A DNA stretch of 64,000 nucleotides from a plasmid. Below are positions 34,651 through 44,259 of the stretch, one piece after another (position 1 is the first letter of the stretch; every line of letters begins with the position of its first letter). Made by a program: the position numbers and the translations under genes. Under the pieces are notes generated by a model that saw only the letters and a list, made by a program, of their open reading frames with translations, searched no databases and was not told the origin of the DNA. The stretch lies in sequence record NZ_CP118918.1, one strand, 5' to 3'.

Positions 34651-37600
34651 CTACTTGGAAGACCAGGCATCAATGACGAGTCTGCCGCTGGCAGTGAGCT
34701 CTTCGAGCCAGGCGAGGGCTTGATCTTCGTCGTCGTTACCCGATTGGGTGCGGTAGACATCAAGCAGGGCTCGGTTGACCCCGGGAACTAATCGGGCCCC
34801 GTCTCCGCACACTCGCAGGTGCCTCTGTTCTTCTTCGATCATGCGCCAGACTTCGCGGGCGTCCTTCCTGATGCGATCCTGAACGAAGGCGCAGTTGTCT
34901 TCGGGTGCAGCGAAGTATGTGGGCCGTAGATCAACTACCCCGTTGGATTCTGCTTCCTCAAGTTCCTCTCGGTGAAGGAAGTCGACGTCCGGGTGGTCGC
35001 AACCGAAGTAGCAGAGTAGCGGCGCGGCGTCTGCGCTGTGGGCCCGGTCCTGGATCACGCCACGAAACGGTGCCAGTCCGGTGCCAGCGCTGATGACGAT
35101 TGCCGGTTGATCATTCTCCAGACGGAAGTCATCTGAGCACGGCAGCACGCGGCCCAGCACCGTGTCTCCTTGTTGCAGTTGGCGCACATAGGTGGAGGCA
35201 GTTCCGCGATATGTTCCCTCGCCTGACAGGTGAGGGGCATCGACAGCGGCCACCATCAAGTCGATGTGGCCTGGCTGCGCGGCCGGTGACGACGACACGG
35301 AGTACCGCCGCGGAGCCAGTGCCGGCAGCATAGCGAGGAAGGTGTCAACGCCGAGCTCGACGGACCGATAGCTTTCGAGTAGATCCAGCAGCGACACTCG
35401 AGCGGTCGTGATTCTGGCAGCGAACTCGTCGGCGTCGTCGACGAGCTTCTGTAGCGCGGTGCGCTCGGGCGGGCATGAGCACCGCGCGATCATTGTCTCG
35501 ATCTGCTCGATCGTGGCTGGGCTCTGCAGTTCCACGTATCGACTGAAGACCTCGCCCAAGGTGATGGGTCGTTCGGTGGGGATGTGATCCGGGACCCGAC
35601 CGTGACGGTGGAGGATCACCAGCTCGGTGAGGTCGGTGCCGAAGCGGCGTTGCACTCGTGCGATCAGTTCGGCCGGGTTCTGTGGAAGCAGTGCAAGGTG
35701 ATCGGCGGTGCGATACGTCGTCCCTGCTGGTAGTTCGAGGCGAAGAAACATCTTCGATCGCCCCAGTGGGTGCGTGGTGTCGACCAGTTCATGGGCCGAG
35801 ACGACCGTCATCGGTTCGAGACCGTGCCTGCTCTGCAGGTCCTGGTCCAACGACCACACTGCTGACTCGATGGTGAGGCCGGCGTCGTGTTCATCCGGCG
35901 GCTCGGCGGTGATGCCGTCACGAGGCAGGATCGTCGCCCACAGGTCGGTGTTCCAGCGTTCGACTTCTCCGGTGAAGTCGCCGGCGACGTCTGCGGCGCC
36001 GCGGTCGATGAGCCGGTGCCCGCCGGCGGCTGATAAGCGTGCGTCGATCGTGGCGGGGACGTGTTGGTACGTGGCAGCCCAGTTGCGGTCACCGACTCCG
36101 AGGACTGCGTATCGCAGTCCGTCGAGGGAGCCAGGGGTCACGAATTCCAGCCAGGGCAGGAATTCATCGGCGTCGTCGGTGGGCTTGCCGTTGTAGGACG
36201 ATGCCACCACCAGTACCACCGAGTCCGAACGCAATTGCCCGACCGCATCGTTCAAGGAACCCAGCGTTGCGTTGTAGCCGGCTTGTGTGGCGCGGTCGGT
36301 GATATCCCGGGCCAGTCGTGCCGATGTGCCCAAATTGGACCCGTGCAGCACCGTGAGCGTGGTTCCCAGCTCGACTGCGTTGCCGGGCTGCGCCACCACA
36401 GTGCTGGCGTGGCGCCCGGTGTCGGCCGGCTGAACGCTGCGATCAGCGGGTAGGCGGCGGGCCAGCTTCAGCGTCAGGCCGCCCGGTTTGATCGTCAAGG
36501 CTTCGGTGATCTTGAGTTGATAGTTGGAGTAGTCGTTGAGGCGGTACCGGTGAATGATCATGGCCAGGACAAGGGTTGCTTCGTGGAGCGCGAATTGCCG
36601 TCCAATACAGGCGCGTTCACCGTTGCCGAAGGGCTTGTAGAGGTGCATGGGTCGTGTGCTGACGTTTTCGGTGTTGAAGCGCTCGGGATCGAATGCTTCA
36701 ACGCTGTCGCCCCATTCGGGTGAACGATGCAGAGGCGGGGTGAGGATCGTTATAACGTCGCCGCGTTTGACTGCGTAGCGTCCGCCGATGACAGTGTCTT
36801 CGAAGGGTTCGACAGCGTAGCCGGGAGCTGTTGGCCACAGCCGAAGAGTTTCATTGAGGATCTGCTGGACGTAGGTCAACCGTCCGATGTCGGTGTAGGA
36901 CGGATCGATGTCGTCCGAGGTTCCCCACAAGGTATCGACTTCAGCTTGGGCGCGGGCCAGCACCGTTGGGTTCTTGGCGAGGTAGTAGAGAGCAAAAGAC
37001 ATGGCACCGCTGGTGGTTTCGTGTCCGGCGACCAGGAAGGTGATGACTTGGTTGCGGACGTTCTCCGGGTCCAGGCGTTGCCCGGTGTCTTTGTCAGCAG
37101 TGTTGAGCATGCGGCCGAGCAGGTCGTCGGTGTGGTTGTCGCCAGATTCGAGGCGCTGGCGCACAACGTCGTCCACCACGTTGTGCATCAAAGCGATGTC
37201 GCGCTCGTACTGCTCGCCGCTTGTGCGTTTGAACGCGTTCATGATCGGCAGGGTCGCCGCCAGACCTTGCGCGTGGTGCAGCGCTCGGCTCATGGCTTCG
37301 ACAAAGGGATGAGGGGTCTCTCGCTGGAACGATTCCAGGTCGAAACCGAATCCGCACAGGCCGATGGTGTCGAAGGTCAACCGCGTCATGTCCTCCGGTA
37401 TCTCTACTACTGAGGCAGCGGCTGCGTAACGGTCCCACCGATCGAGGAGCTTTCGCGCGACATCGACCATTGTGGTGTGGTACTGGCTCATAGCCTCGAG
37501 CGAGAACGCGGGGAGCAGAATGTTGTGGGCCTTGCGCCAGTTGGGTTCATCGTTGAAAGCGGTGAACAGGCCGTCGCCGCCGATGTCGCGCAGCTGAACT

Positions 37601-37845
37601 AGCTCGGTGTAGACGCTCTTACAGAACCTGGCGGTGTCCGAGAGTTCGGCCACCAGGTCTCCGTCCGAGACGACGATCGTGTTGGTGTTCGCGATCCTCA
37701 GCCGCATGATCGGTCCCAGTTCCTTGGCCTGGGCCATCATCCACTGCATGGGGTTCTCGCGCGGGACGCTGAAGGTGTGCCCAACCAGCGGTAGTCCTGG
37801 TGGCTCGGGGATAGAGCCGAAGTGAGCAACAGGTGAGGTGGTCAA
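34651..37845 (-). CDS. self-sufficient cytochrome P450 fused to an NADPH-P450 reductase (CYP102/P450-BM3-like), 1064 aa
   Basis: Heme loop [25 protein letters not shown] is almost identical to BM3 [25 protein letters not shown]. C-terminal flavodoxin-like and FAD/NADPH reductase domains. Length matches BM3. Confidence 0.9.
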   Translation of the reverse strand: [1064 protein letters not shown]

Positions 37846-37957
37846 GATGGGTTCCTTTCCGTGGCGGGGGGCTCAGGCGTGGCGACGGGTCGATAATGTG
37901 AGAGCTATCGCGGGGAAGTACCGCGCCAGACGTTCTTTGTGGCCCGCTGCGGGTCTG

Positions 37958-39001
37958 TCAGGGTTTGACCAGGATGCGGATCGGGTTGCCTTCGGGTTCC
38001 TTGAGCATGTCGATGCCTCGTTGCACGTCGTCCAGCGGCACGATCTGACTGATCGAGCGAGAAAGGTCGAGGCGTCCGCGTGAGACGAGTGTCGCCAGAG
38101 TGCCGATGTCCTCGTTGTGGTAGCCGAGGTGTCCGAGTACCTGTCGGTGCCCGAAGTTGAAGTCTGACGTCGACCCGAGGGAGGGAGTGTCGGCGCTCAT
38201 ACCGACACCCACGAGTTTGCCTCCCACAGCTACGGCGGCAAGTGCCTGCTCGAACGTCGTGGTCACCCCCACTGCGTCGAAGCTGACGTTGAGGTTTTCG
38301 CCGTCAGTGGCGGCGGCGATCTTGGAGATCAGTTCAGGATCGCGGGCATCGAAGGCATAGTCGGCACCGAGATCCAGCGCGCGGTCGAGCACAGCCGGTT
38401 TGATGTCGACGGCGATGATGGGTGCGGCGCCGACCAGGCGGGCTAGTTGCACGATGTGTGTACCGACCCCGCCGACACCCCAGACGCCGACGGACTCCCC
38501 GACGCGCACGTTGGCGGTCCGTACTACGGCGCCGAATGGTGTTGACACTGCATCGGCGAGGATCGCGGCGTGCTCGAGCGAGACGTTGTCAGGAATTCGT
38601 GTGAGCCCGATAGCTTGTGCGACAGTGTATTCGGCCCAGCCGCCGTCGTAGCCGAAGGCCATGATGCTGGGGCTCAGGCAGTTCGCGGCGTCGCCCCGCG
38701 CGCATTTCGCGCATGTCCCGCAGGTGCGGCCCGCGGCCACCACCACGCGGTCGCCCACCGCCCAGCCCGATACGTCGGGTCCGAGGGCAGCGATGGTGCC
38801 CGACGCTTCGTGCCCCTGGGTGATGACGGGGAGTTCGGCGGGGAACGTGCCGTCTAGCAGGCTGAGGTCAGAATGGCAGATTCCGCAGAACGCGACTTTC
38901 ACCAAAACCTCGCCGGGGCCCGCGATGGGGATGGCGACGTCTTCGATGACCACTGTGCCGGTGTCGGCGTAGAAGCGCTGCGCGCGCATTGAATCGTTCA
39001 T
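37958..39001 (-). CDS. zinc-dependent alcohol dehydrogenase (MDR family)
   Basis: GPGEVLVKVAFCGICHSDL..., structural-Zn Cys cluster CGTCAKCARGDAANC, Rossmann VGVWGVGGVG. Confidence 0.8.
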   Translation of the reverse strand: MNDSMRAQRFYADTGTVVIEDVAIPIAGPGEVLVKVAFCGICHSDLSLLDGTFPAELPVITQGHEASGTIAALGPDVSGWAVGDRVVVAAGRTCGTCAKCARGDAANCLSPSIMAFGYDGGWAEYTVAQAIGLTRIPDNVSLEHAAILADAVSTPFGAVVRTANVRVGESVGVWGVGGVGTHIVQLARLVGAAPIIAVDIKPAVLDRALDLGADYAFDARDPELISKIAAATDGENLNVSFDAVGVTTTFEQALAAVAVGGKLVGVGMSADTPSLGSTSDFNFGHRQVLGHLGYHNEDIGTLATLVSRGRLDLSRSISQIVPLDDVQRGIDMLKEPEGNPIRILVKP

Positions 39002-39071
39002 AACGTGTCCTTGTCGTAGCTGAGTTGATGGACGACAGCGAGTCGTCGTTGGGTGGACGCGCTCGAGATAC

Positions 39072-39755
39072 TCAGAGTCCGCGCCCGTCTGCGTAACGGC
39101 CGTCGCCGAGACTGAGCAGGTGTTTGCGGACAGCGACGCGTGCACGATGGAGTCGCGACATGACCGTTCCCAGAGGCACTCCCGCGATTCGGGCTATCTC
39201 TTTGTAGCGGAAGCCCTCGATGTCTGCGAGGTAGAGAACGAGGCGTTGCGGTTCTGTGAGTCCTTCTAGTGCGTTCTTGACGTCGTCGTCAGCGACGGTG
39301 TCGAGGGCGGCCTGTTCGGCGGACCGGGCCGATGGCCCGAGGCGTTGACCGCGAGTTGATTCCACATCGTTGAGGCCACCGGTGAGCAGTTCCTCGGGCC
39401 GACGCGCACGTGCGCGGTAAAAACTGATCCAGGTGTTGGACTGGATTCTCAGCAGCCAGGCTTTGATGTTTGTTCCGGGCTGAAACGTGGAGAAGCCGGC
39501 GAAAGCCTTGAGCATGGTTTCTTGCACCAGGTCCTCGGCGTCGGCGTGGTTCCGAGTCAGCCTGCGGGCCACGCGGAGAAGGTCGTTGACCAGCGGAAGG
39601 ACCGCTTCAGCGAAGCGCGCAGACGCCCCCACAGTGCCGGCGGCCTCGTCGGCCGTTCTCCGGTGCGGATGATCGCTCACAGCACGAGTCGGGGAAAGAG
39701 CCTCTCGGACAACGGACTTCGTTGAGCTCTCGTATGCGTCGCGCGTCGTTGTCAT
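39072..39755 (-). CDS. ECF-subfamily sigma-70 RNA polymerase sigma factor
   Basis: Region 2 DAEDLVQETMLKAFAGFSTFQPGTNIKAWLLRIQSNTWISFYR. Region 4 LTEPQRLVLYLADIEGFRYKEIARIAGVPLGTVMSRLHRAR. Confidence 0.8.
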   Translation of the reverse strand: MTTTRDAYESSTKSVVREALSPTRAVSDHPHRRTADEAAGTVGASARFAEAVLPLVNDLLRVARRLTRNHADAEDLVQETMLKAFAGFSTFQPGTNIKAWLLRIQSNTWISFYRARARRPEELLTGGLNDVESTRGQRLGPSARSAEQAALDTVADDDVKNALEGLTEPQRLVLYLADIEGFRYKEIARIAGVPLGTVMSRLHRARVAVRKHLLSLGDGRYADGRGL

Positions 39756-40108
39756 TTCAGCTCGCCTTTACATGTGGAAGGAGCCTTGCAGTAAGCGGTC
39801 CGGACGACGGCGGTGCTTCGAGTGGCACGATGGCATGACCCCGGTCGATGACATCGCCCGCCCGCTGCTGTGGCTGTCGACGGTATGACCCGCACACCCA
39901 ACTGATGCCCCAACTCGTGCGGATTGAAGGCCGACGGGCACCAGACGTTGTGCGCCTCGATGGTGTCGATGACCTCGCTGTTCTTCGAAGCAGCTGCAGC
40001 CCTCAGGCCGTGGTGCGGCGGGCAGTCGAGGATGCTGGCGGGGCTTTCCATGTCCTCAGCGACATCCCAAGCGGGCCTCTTCCACGTGTCAGCGCGATGC
40101 CTGCTCAA
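39752..40108 (-). CDS. hypothetical protein coupled (ATGA) to the ECF sigma gene; possible regulator
   Basis: 118-aa ORF whose stop overlaps the sigma start. No anti-sigma motif verified. Confidence 0.3.
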   Translation of the reverse strand: MSRHRADTWKRPAWDVAEDMESPASILDCPPHHGLRAAAASKNSEVIDTIEAHNVWCPSAFNPHELGHQLGVRVIPSTATAAGGRCHRPGSCHRATRSTAVVRTAYCKAPSTCKGELK

Positions 40109-40163
40109 GGGGCTTGCTCCCCGCTGCGGGGTCTCGCTGTGGATTTCATCCCTGGACGAATAC

Positions 40164-41705
40164 TCACGAACGACGTGACCCCCCCGTTTCGCAGTGGCTG
40201 GGGTCGGGGCGATGGTTTTCCGCAGTGGACGGGTCCTGTCCGGGCTGCGCGTGTTCGGTCCTGTGGAACTGCAGCACTCCGTCGTCGATGGCGCGGTGTC
40301 GCATCGTGATGACGTCTTCGATGTAGTTCATGCCTTGTCGCCATGGTGCGCGGGGCCCGCTGCTGGGCATGCGGTCGAGCGCCCGTTTGACGTAGCCGGC
40401 CTCGAAGTCGAACAGCGGCCGGCGCGGCATCGTCAGGTCATCGGGGTGCGGCACGCAGCTGGTGTAGCCGTGGCTGTCCATGAAATCGATGAGCCGACAC
40501 AGGTACTGGCTGACCAGATCGGCCTTCAAGGTCCACGAGGAGTTGGTGTAGCCCAGCGTGTACACGAAGTTGGGGACGTCGCTGAGCATCATGCCCTTGT
40601 AAGCGAAGGCCTCGGCTACGTTCACCCGATTTCCGTTGACGCGGAGGTCGATGCCGCCGAAGAAGAGTAGGTCCAGTCCTGTTGCGGTGACCACGATGTC
40701 GGCTCGCAGTGTTGTGCCTGACGTCAGCCGTATGCCTACGTCGGTGAAGGTGTCGATGGTGTCGGTCACCACTGACGCCCGTCCGGACTTCAGCGATCGG
40801 AACAGGTCGCCGTCTGGGGCCGCGCACAGCCGCTGATCCCACGGCTGGTAGCTGGGGGTGAAGTGCGCATCGACGTCGGCTGCCGGCAAGTGTTCAGCGA
40901 CGTTCTTGCGCACCATTGCTTTGATGATGCTCGGGCACCGGCGGCTCAACTCATACACGGCCCAGGCCGTGGCCACGTTCTTCCATCGCGTGAGCCGATA
41001 GGACAACTGTGAACCCACGAGCCGACGCAGGGTGTTGGCGATGACGTCCTGGGAGGGGACGGACATGATGTAGGTGGGCGAGCGTTGCAGCATCGTCACG
41101 TGAGCCGCGGACTTCGCGAGGGCGGGCACCAGCGTCACGGCGGTCGCGCCGCTGCCGATGACCACGATGTCCCGGCCAGAGTGATCGAGGTCCTCAGGCC
41201 ACTGCTGCGGATGGACTACCCGACCCTCAAAGGTATCGATGCCCTTCAGTTCAGGGGTGTAGCCGGCATCGTAGGAGTAGTAGCCCGAGCACATGACCAG
41301 GAATGAGCACTCGAAGAACCGGGTGGTTTCCCCCGCAATCACCTTGACCCGCCAGGTCGAGGTGGCTGCGGACCAGTCGGCGGCCACGACCCTGTGCCCG
41401 AACCGGATGTGGGCGTCGATGCCGCTCTCGGTTGCCGTGGATCTGATGTAGTCCAGAATGGAAGCGCCGTCGGCGATGGACTTGGCGGCGGTCCACGGCC
41501 GGAACCGGTAGCCCAGGGTGTGCATATCGGAGTCCGAGCGGATGCCGGGATACCGGAACAGATCCCACGTACCGCCGATCTGCGGGCGTGATTCCAGAAT
41601 GGCGAAGCTACGATCCGGATGCGCAGACTTCAGGTGGTGGGCGGTGCCGATGCCTGACAGGCCGGCACCGACAATCAAGATGTCGAGTCGCTCCGCGGTG
41701 CTCAT
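40164..41705 (-). CDS. flavin-containing / Baeyer-Villiger monooxygenase (EthA-like)
   Basis: FAD site ILIVGAGLSGIG. BVMO fingerprint FEGRVVHPQQWPED. Second Rossmann VVIGSGATAV. Confidence 0.85.
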   Translation of the reverse strand: MSTAERLDILIVGAGLSGIGTAHHLKSAHPDRSFAILESRPQIGGTWDLFRYPGIRSDSDMHTLGYRFRPWTAAKSIADGASILDYIRSTATESGIDAHIRFGHRVVAADWSAATSTWRVKVIAGETTRFFECSFLVMCSGYYSYDAGYTPELKGIDTFEGRVVHPQQWPEDLDHSGRDIVVIGSGATAVTLVPALAKSAAHVTMLQRSPTYIMSVPSQDVIANTLRRLVGSQLSYRLTRWKNVATAWAVYELSRRCPSIIKAMVRKNVAEHLPAADVDAHFTPSYQPWDQRLCAAPDGDLFRSLKSGRASVVTDTIDTFTDVGIRLTSGTTLRADIVVTATGLDLLFFGGIDLRVNGNRVNVAEAFAYKGMMLSDVPNFVYTLGYTNSSWTLKADLVSQYLCRLIDFMDSHGYTSCVPHPDDLTMPRRPLFDFEAGYVKRALDRMPSSGPRAPWRQGMNYIEDVITMRHRAIDDGVLQFHRTEHAQPGQDPSTAENHRPDPSHCETGGSRRS

Positions 41706-42571
41706 CGGGCCATCACCGTGCCCAGCCGCTTCGCCGCACGCGAGCTGAGAGCCGCTTGCACCGCGGCAATGCCGATGGGGTAGCGGGTCGGTGCCAGCCG
41801 GACCAGCGCGTCGATGACCTTGGCGTCGATGCCGACGAGGATCCGCGACTGTCCTCGCTCGACCCCTTCGACGATGATGTCCGCCGCCGCCTCCGGCGTC
41901 GTCATCGCAAGCGCTTCGAACTCTTCGGCGATGTCATCCGGTGTTCGTCCCCACCCTTCCGTGTCCTCACGGAGACGGCCGTTGCGGGCGATGTTGGTTT
42001 TGACCCCACCGGGGTGGATGGTGACCGCCCGGACGCCCGTGCCGCGCAACTCGTGACGCAGTGACTCCGTGAATCCACGCACGGCGAACTTCGAGGCGCA
42101 GTAGGCGCTCTCGTTGCCGACTCCGATGAGACCGTAGACGCTGGAGGTGTTGACGATCGCGCCGGCGGACTGACCTAGCAACTGTGGCAGGAAGGCGCGC
42201 GTGCCGTTCACAACGCCTCGGTAGTTGATCTCGTGCAGCCAGTCCTCGTCGTCGCTGACACCGTTGCGGATGCTCGCGCTCAGGGCGACGCCGGCGTTGT
42301 TGAAGACCGCTCCGATCGGCGCGGGCGCCCACGATGCCACCTGCGCGGCGAACTCACCCACCGCCGCGGCGTCGCGTACGTCCACCACGTGGGTCAGGCA
42401 CGCGCCAGAGAGCATCGACAAGGTCTCCTTGAGGCCGACCTCGTCGACGTCGGCGATTGCGACGGGACATCCCGCTGTCGAGAGCCGGTGCGCCAGCGCC
42501 CGGCCGATGCCGGAGCCGGCGCCGGTGATGACCACGGTCCTGCCGGTCAGTGTCGTTCTGCGATTGAACAT
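41702..42571 (-). CDS. SDR-family oxidoreductase
   Basis: TGRTVVITGAGSGIGRALA, NNAG, YCASKFAVRG. 4-nt overlap with the BVMO gene indicates an operon. Confidence 0.85.
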   Translation of the reverse strand: MFNRRTTLTGRTVVITGAGSGIGRALAHRLSTAGCPVAIADVDEVGLKETLSMLSGACLTHVVDVRDAAAVGEFAAQVASWAPAPIGAVFNNAGVALSASIRNGVSDDEDWLHEINYRGVVNGTRAFLPQLLGQSAGAIVNTSSVYGLIGVGNESAYCASKFAVRGFTESLRHELRGTGVRAVTIHPGGVKTNIARNGRLREDTEGWGRTPDDIAEEFEALAMTTPEAAADIIVEGVERGQSRILVGIDAKVIDALVRLAPTRYPIGIAAVQAALSSRAAKRLGTVMAR

Positions 42572-42742
42572 CGGTGTTCCTCTCCAGATGCGGACGCGGG
42601 CCGCGGTGACGTGTCGCTTTTCCGCTCGTGCGAGGCGCGTGACCCCAGTCGATCGTCGGTACTACGGAGTACCTACCCCATGGGTACTCTAGAGTACCCA
42701 TGGGCGTCAAGCGACGTTGTTCGGGGACGGAGAGGCTTGTTG

Positions 42743-43168
42743 ATGAATGAAGATGGGGTGCGATACCCGGGAAACCCCGGTGCCCGGCGTTTGCGCCGGG
42801 CCACGGGGGCGCGGGCGGGGACAACTCCTCTGGGTTTGCTGAGCTGCGCGATTACCGCCGAGGTGGGGGCGTCGCTGGCTATGCAGGCAGCAGTGGAACA
42901 CCCCTGGTGGTATCTGGTGGTCGTCCTCGGGTATGGCGTCGGGTTTGCACTTCTGGTGCGCATTCTGAAGTCGGGCACGGCGGTCGGGGTGGCGTACGGC
43001 ATTTGGGCAGCCAGCGGCGTCGCCCTGACCGCCCTGTGCGCCGCCCTGCTGTTCGGCCACACACTCTCCGGCACGTCGGTGGGCGGCATTGCCCTGATCG
43101 TCGTGGGGGTCGTTCTGGTCGAGTGGGGCGCGCAGGCTGGTCACCGGCGGATCGGCCAGGAGCTCTGA
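42743..43168 (+). CDS. SMR (small multidrug resistance) transporter subunit, pair member 1
   Basis: 4 TM helices with the EmrE-like conserved TM1 Glu (ITAEVGASLAM). Start uncertain. Confidence 0.65.
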   Translation: MNEDGVRYPGNPGARRLRRATGARAGTTPLGLLSCAITAEVGASLAMQAAVEHPWWYLVVVLGYGVGFALLVRILKSGTAVGVAYGIWAASGVALTALCAALLFGHTLSGTSVGGIALIVVGVVLVEWGAQAGHRRIGQEL

Positions 43169-43485
43169 TGCAGTGGTGGATTCTAGGATTCGCGATCCTC
43201 AGCGAGGTGAGCGCGACTCTGTGCCTCAAAATCGCCGTGGACCGCGGCCGTCCGTCGTGGTACTTGGTCGTGATCCTCGGTTACGTGATCGCCTTTTCCT
43301 GCCTGGCCCGTAGCCTGTCGCTCGGCCTGCCAATCGGGATCGCCTATGGCGTGTGGGCGGCGTGCGGAGTGGCGCTAACAGCGATCTTCGCACGGCTGTT
43401 CCTGCGAGAGCCGCTGACGCGGACCATGGCATGCGGCATCTTGGTGATCGTTGTGGGGGTGTGGCTCGTGGAGGCGGGGCACTGA
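43168..43485 (+). CDS. SMR transporter subunit, pair member 2
   Basis: MQWWILGFAILSEVSATLCLK..., 105 aa. TGATG overlap with the upstream subunit indicates a paired SMR. Confidence 0.75.
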   Translation: MQWWILGFAILSEVSATLCLKIAVDRGRPSWYLVVILGYVIAFSCLARSLSLGLPIGIAYGVWAACGVALTAIFARLFLREPLTRTMACGILVIVVGVWLVEAGH

Positions 43486-43505
43486 CGCATCTGACCGTGT
43501 GAGTC

Positions 43506-44126
43506 TCAGGTCGGTTGCGGCGTGTCGACGTCAAGTGACAGCAGTGCCGCCGTGCTGGCTATCGCCAGATCCACTCCGTCGGCGATCCGGCCGGATGACT
43601 GCAGGATGTCGGCGACGAGTTCATTCAGCGCGCCTTGGACCATCATCGCGTGCAGCCGGGTGGCGGGTTCGATTCCGGCGCGCCGAAACTGCTCGTTGTC
43701 GGTCATGGTGGTGATGAGGGAGGCGAAGGCGTCGTTGCTCTGGCGGATCACCGGCTCGGCGATCTCTCCCAGGTAGGGGAGTTCGCGAATGGAGCACAGG
43801 TGGACCGCCGGCCACCGTTCGACATGAGCGAAATAGACGCGGATCGCCTTGTCCACCTGCGACTTCCACGACAGTCGCGGGTCTACCGCCGCACGCAGAT
43901 CCGCGATCAGACTGGCGTTGACATCCTTCATCAGCGCCAAGAGGGCGTCGCCTTTGGTCCCGAAGACACGGTAGAAGGTCCGACGAGATGCCTTGGCCAG
44001 GCTGACCACGTCGGTAACAGCGGTCTTGCGGTAGCCCTTGACTTCGATGGACTGCGCCAGGGCTCGGATTAGGCGCTCGTGCGCGTCGACGGGGACTGAG
44101 CCCGGCAGAGGAGCGGAATGACTCAT
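43506..44126 (-). CDS. TetR-family transcriptional regulator
   Basis: HTH LIRALAQSIEVKGYRKTAVTDVVSLAKASRRTFYRVFGTKGDALL. Confidence 0.75.
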   Translation of the reverse strand: MSHSAPLPGSVPVDAHERLIRALAQSIEVKGYRKTAVTDVVSLAKASRRTFYRVFGTKGDALLALMKDVNASLIADLRAAVDPRLSWKSQVDKAIRVYFAHVERWPAVHLCSIRELPYLGEIAEPVIRQSNDAFASLITTMTDNEQFRRAGIEPATRLHAMMVQGALNELVADILQSSGRIADGVDLAIASTAALLSLDVDTPQPT

Positions 44127-44259
44127 CGCTGCGCGCCTTTTCCCTACGACGCCAGCCATGGACGGATTGTAGCGAGTCTGGGCCGCCGCTCGGCGGCGCA
44201 GACTCGCCTCAGTGCAATCGTCATCGTGGGCGCGGTGATCAGACCGAGGGTCGCCGCAG

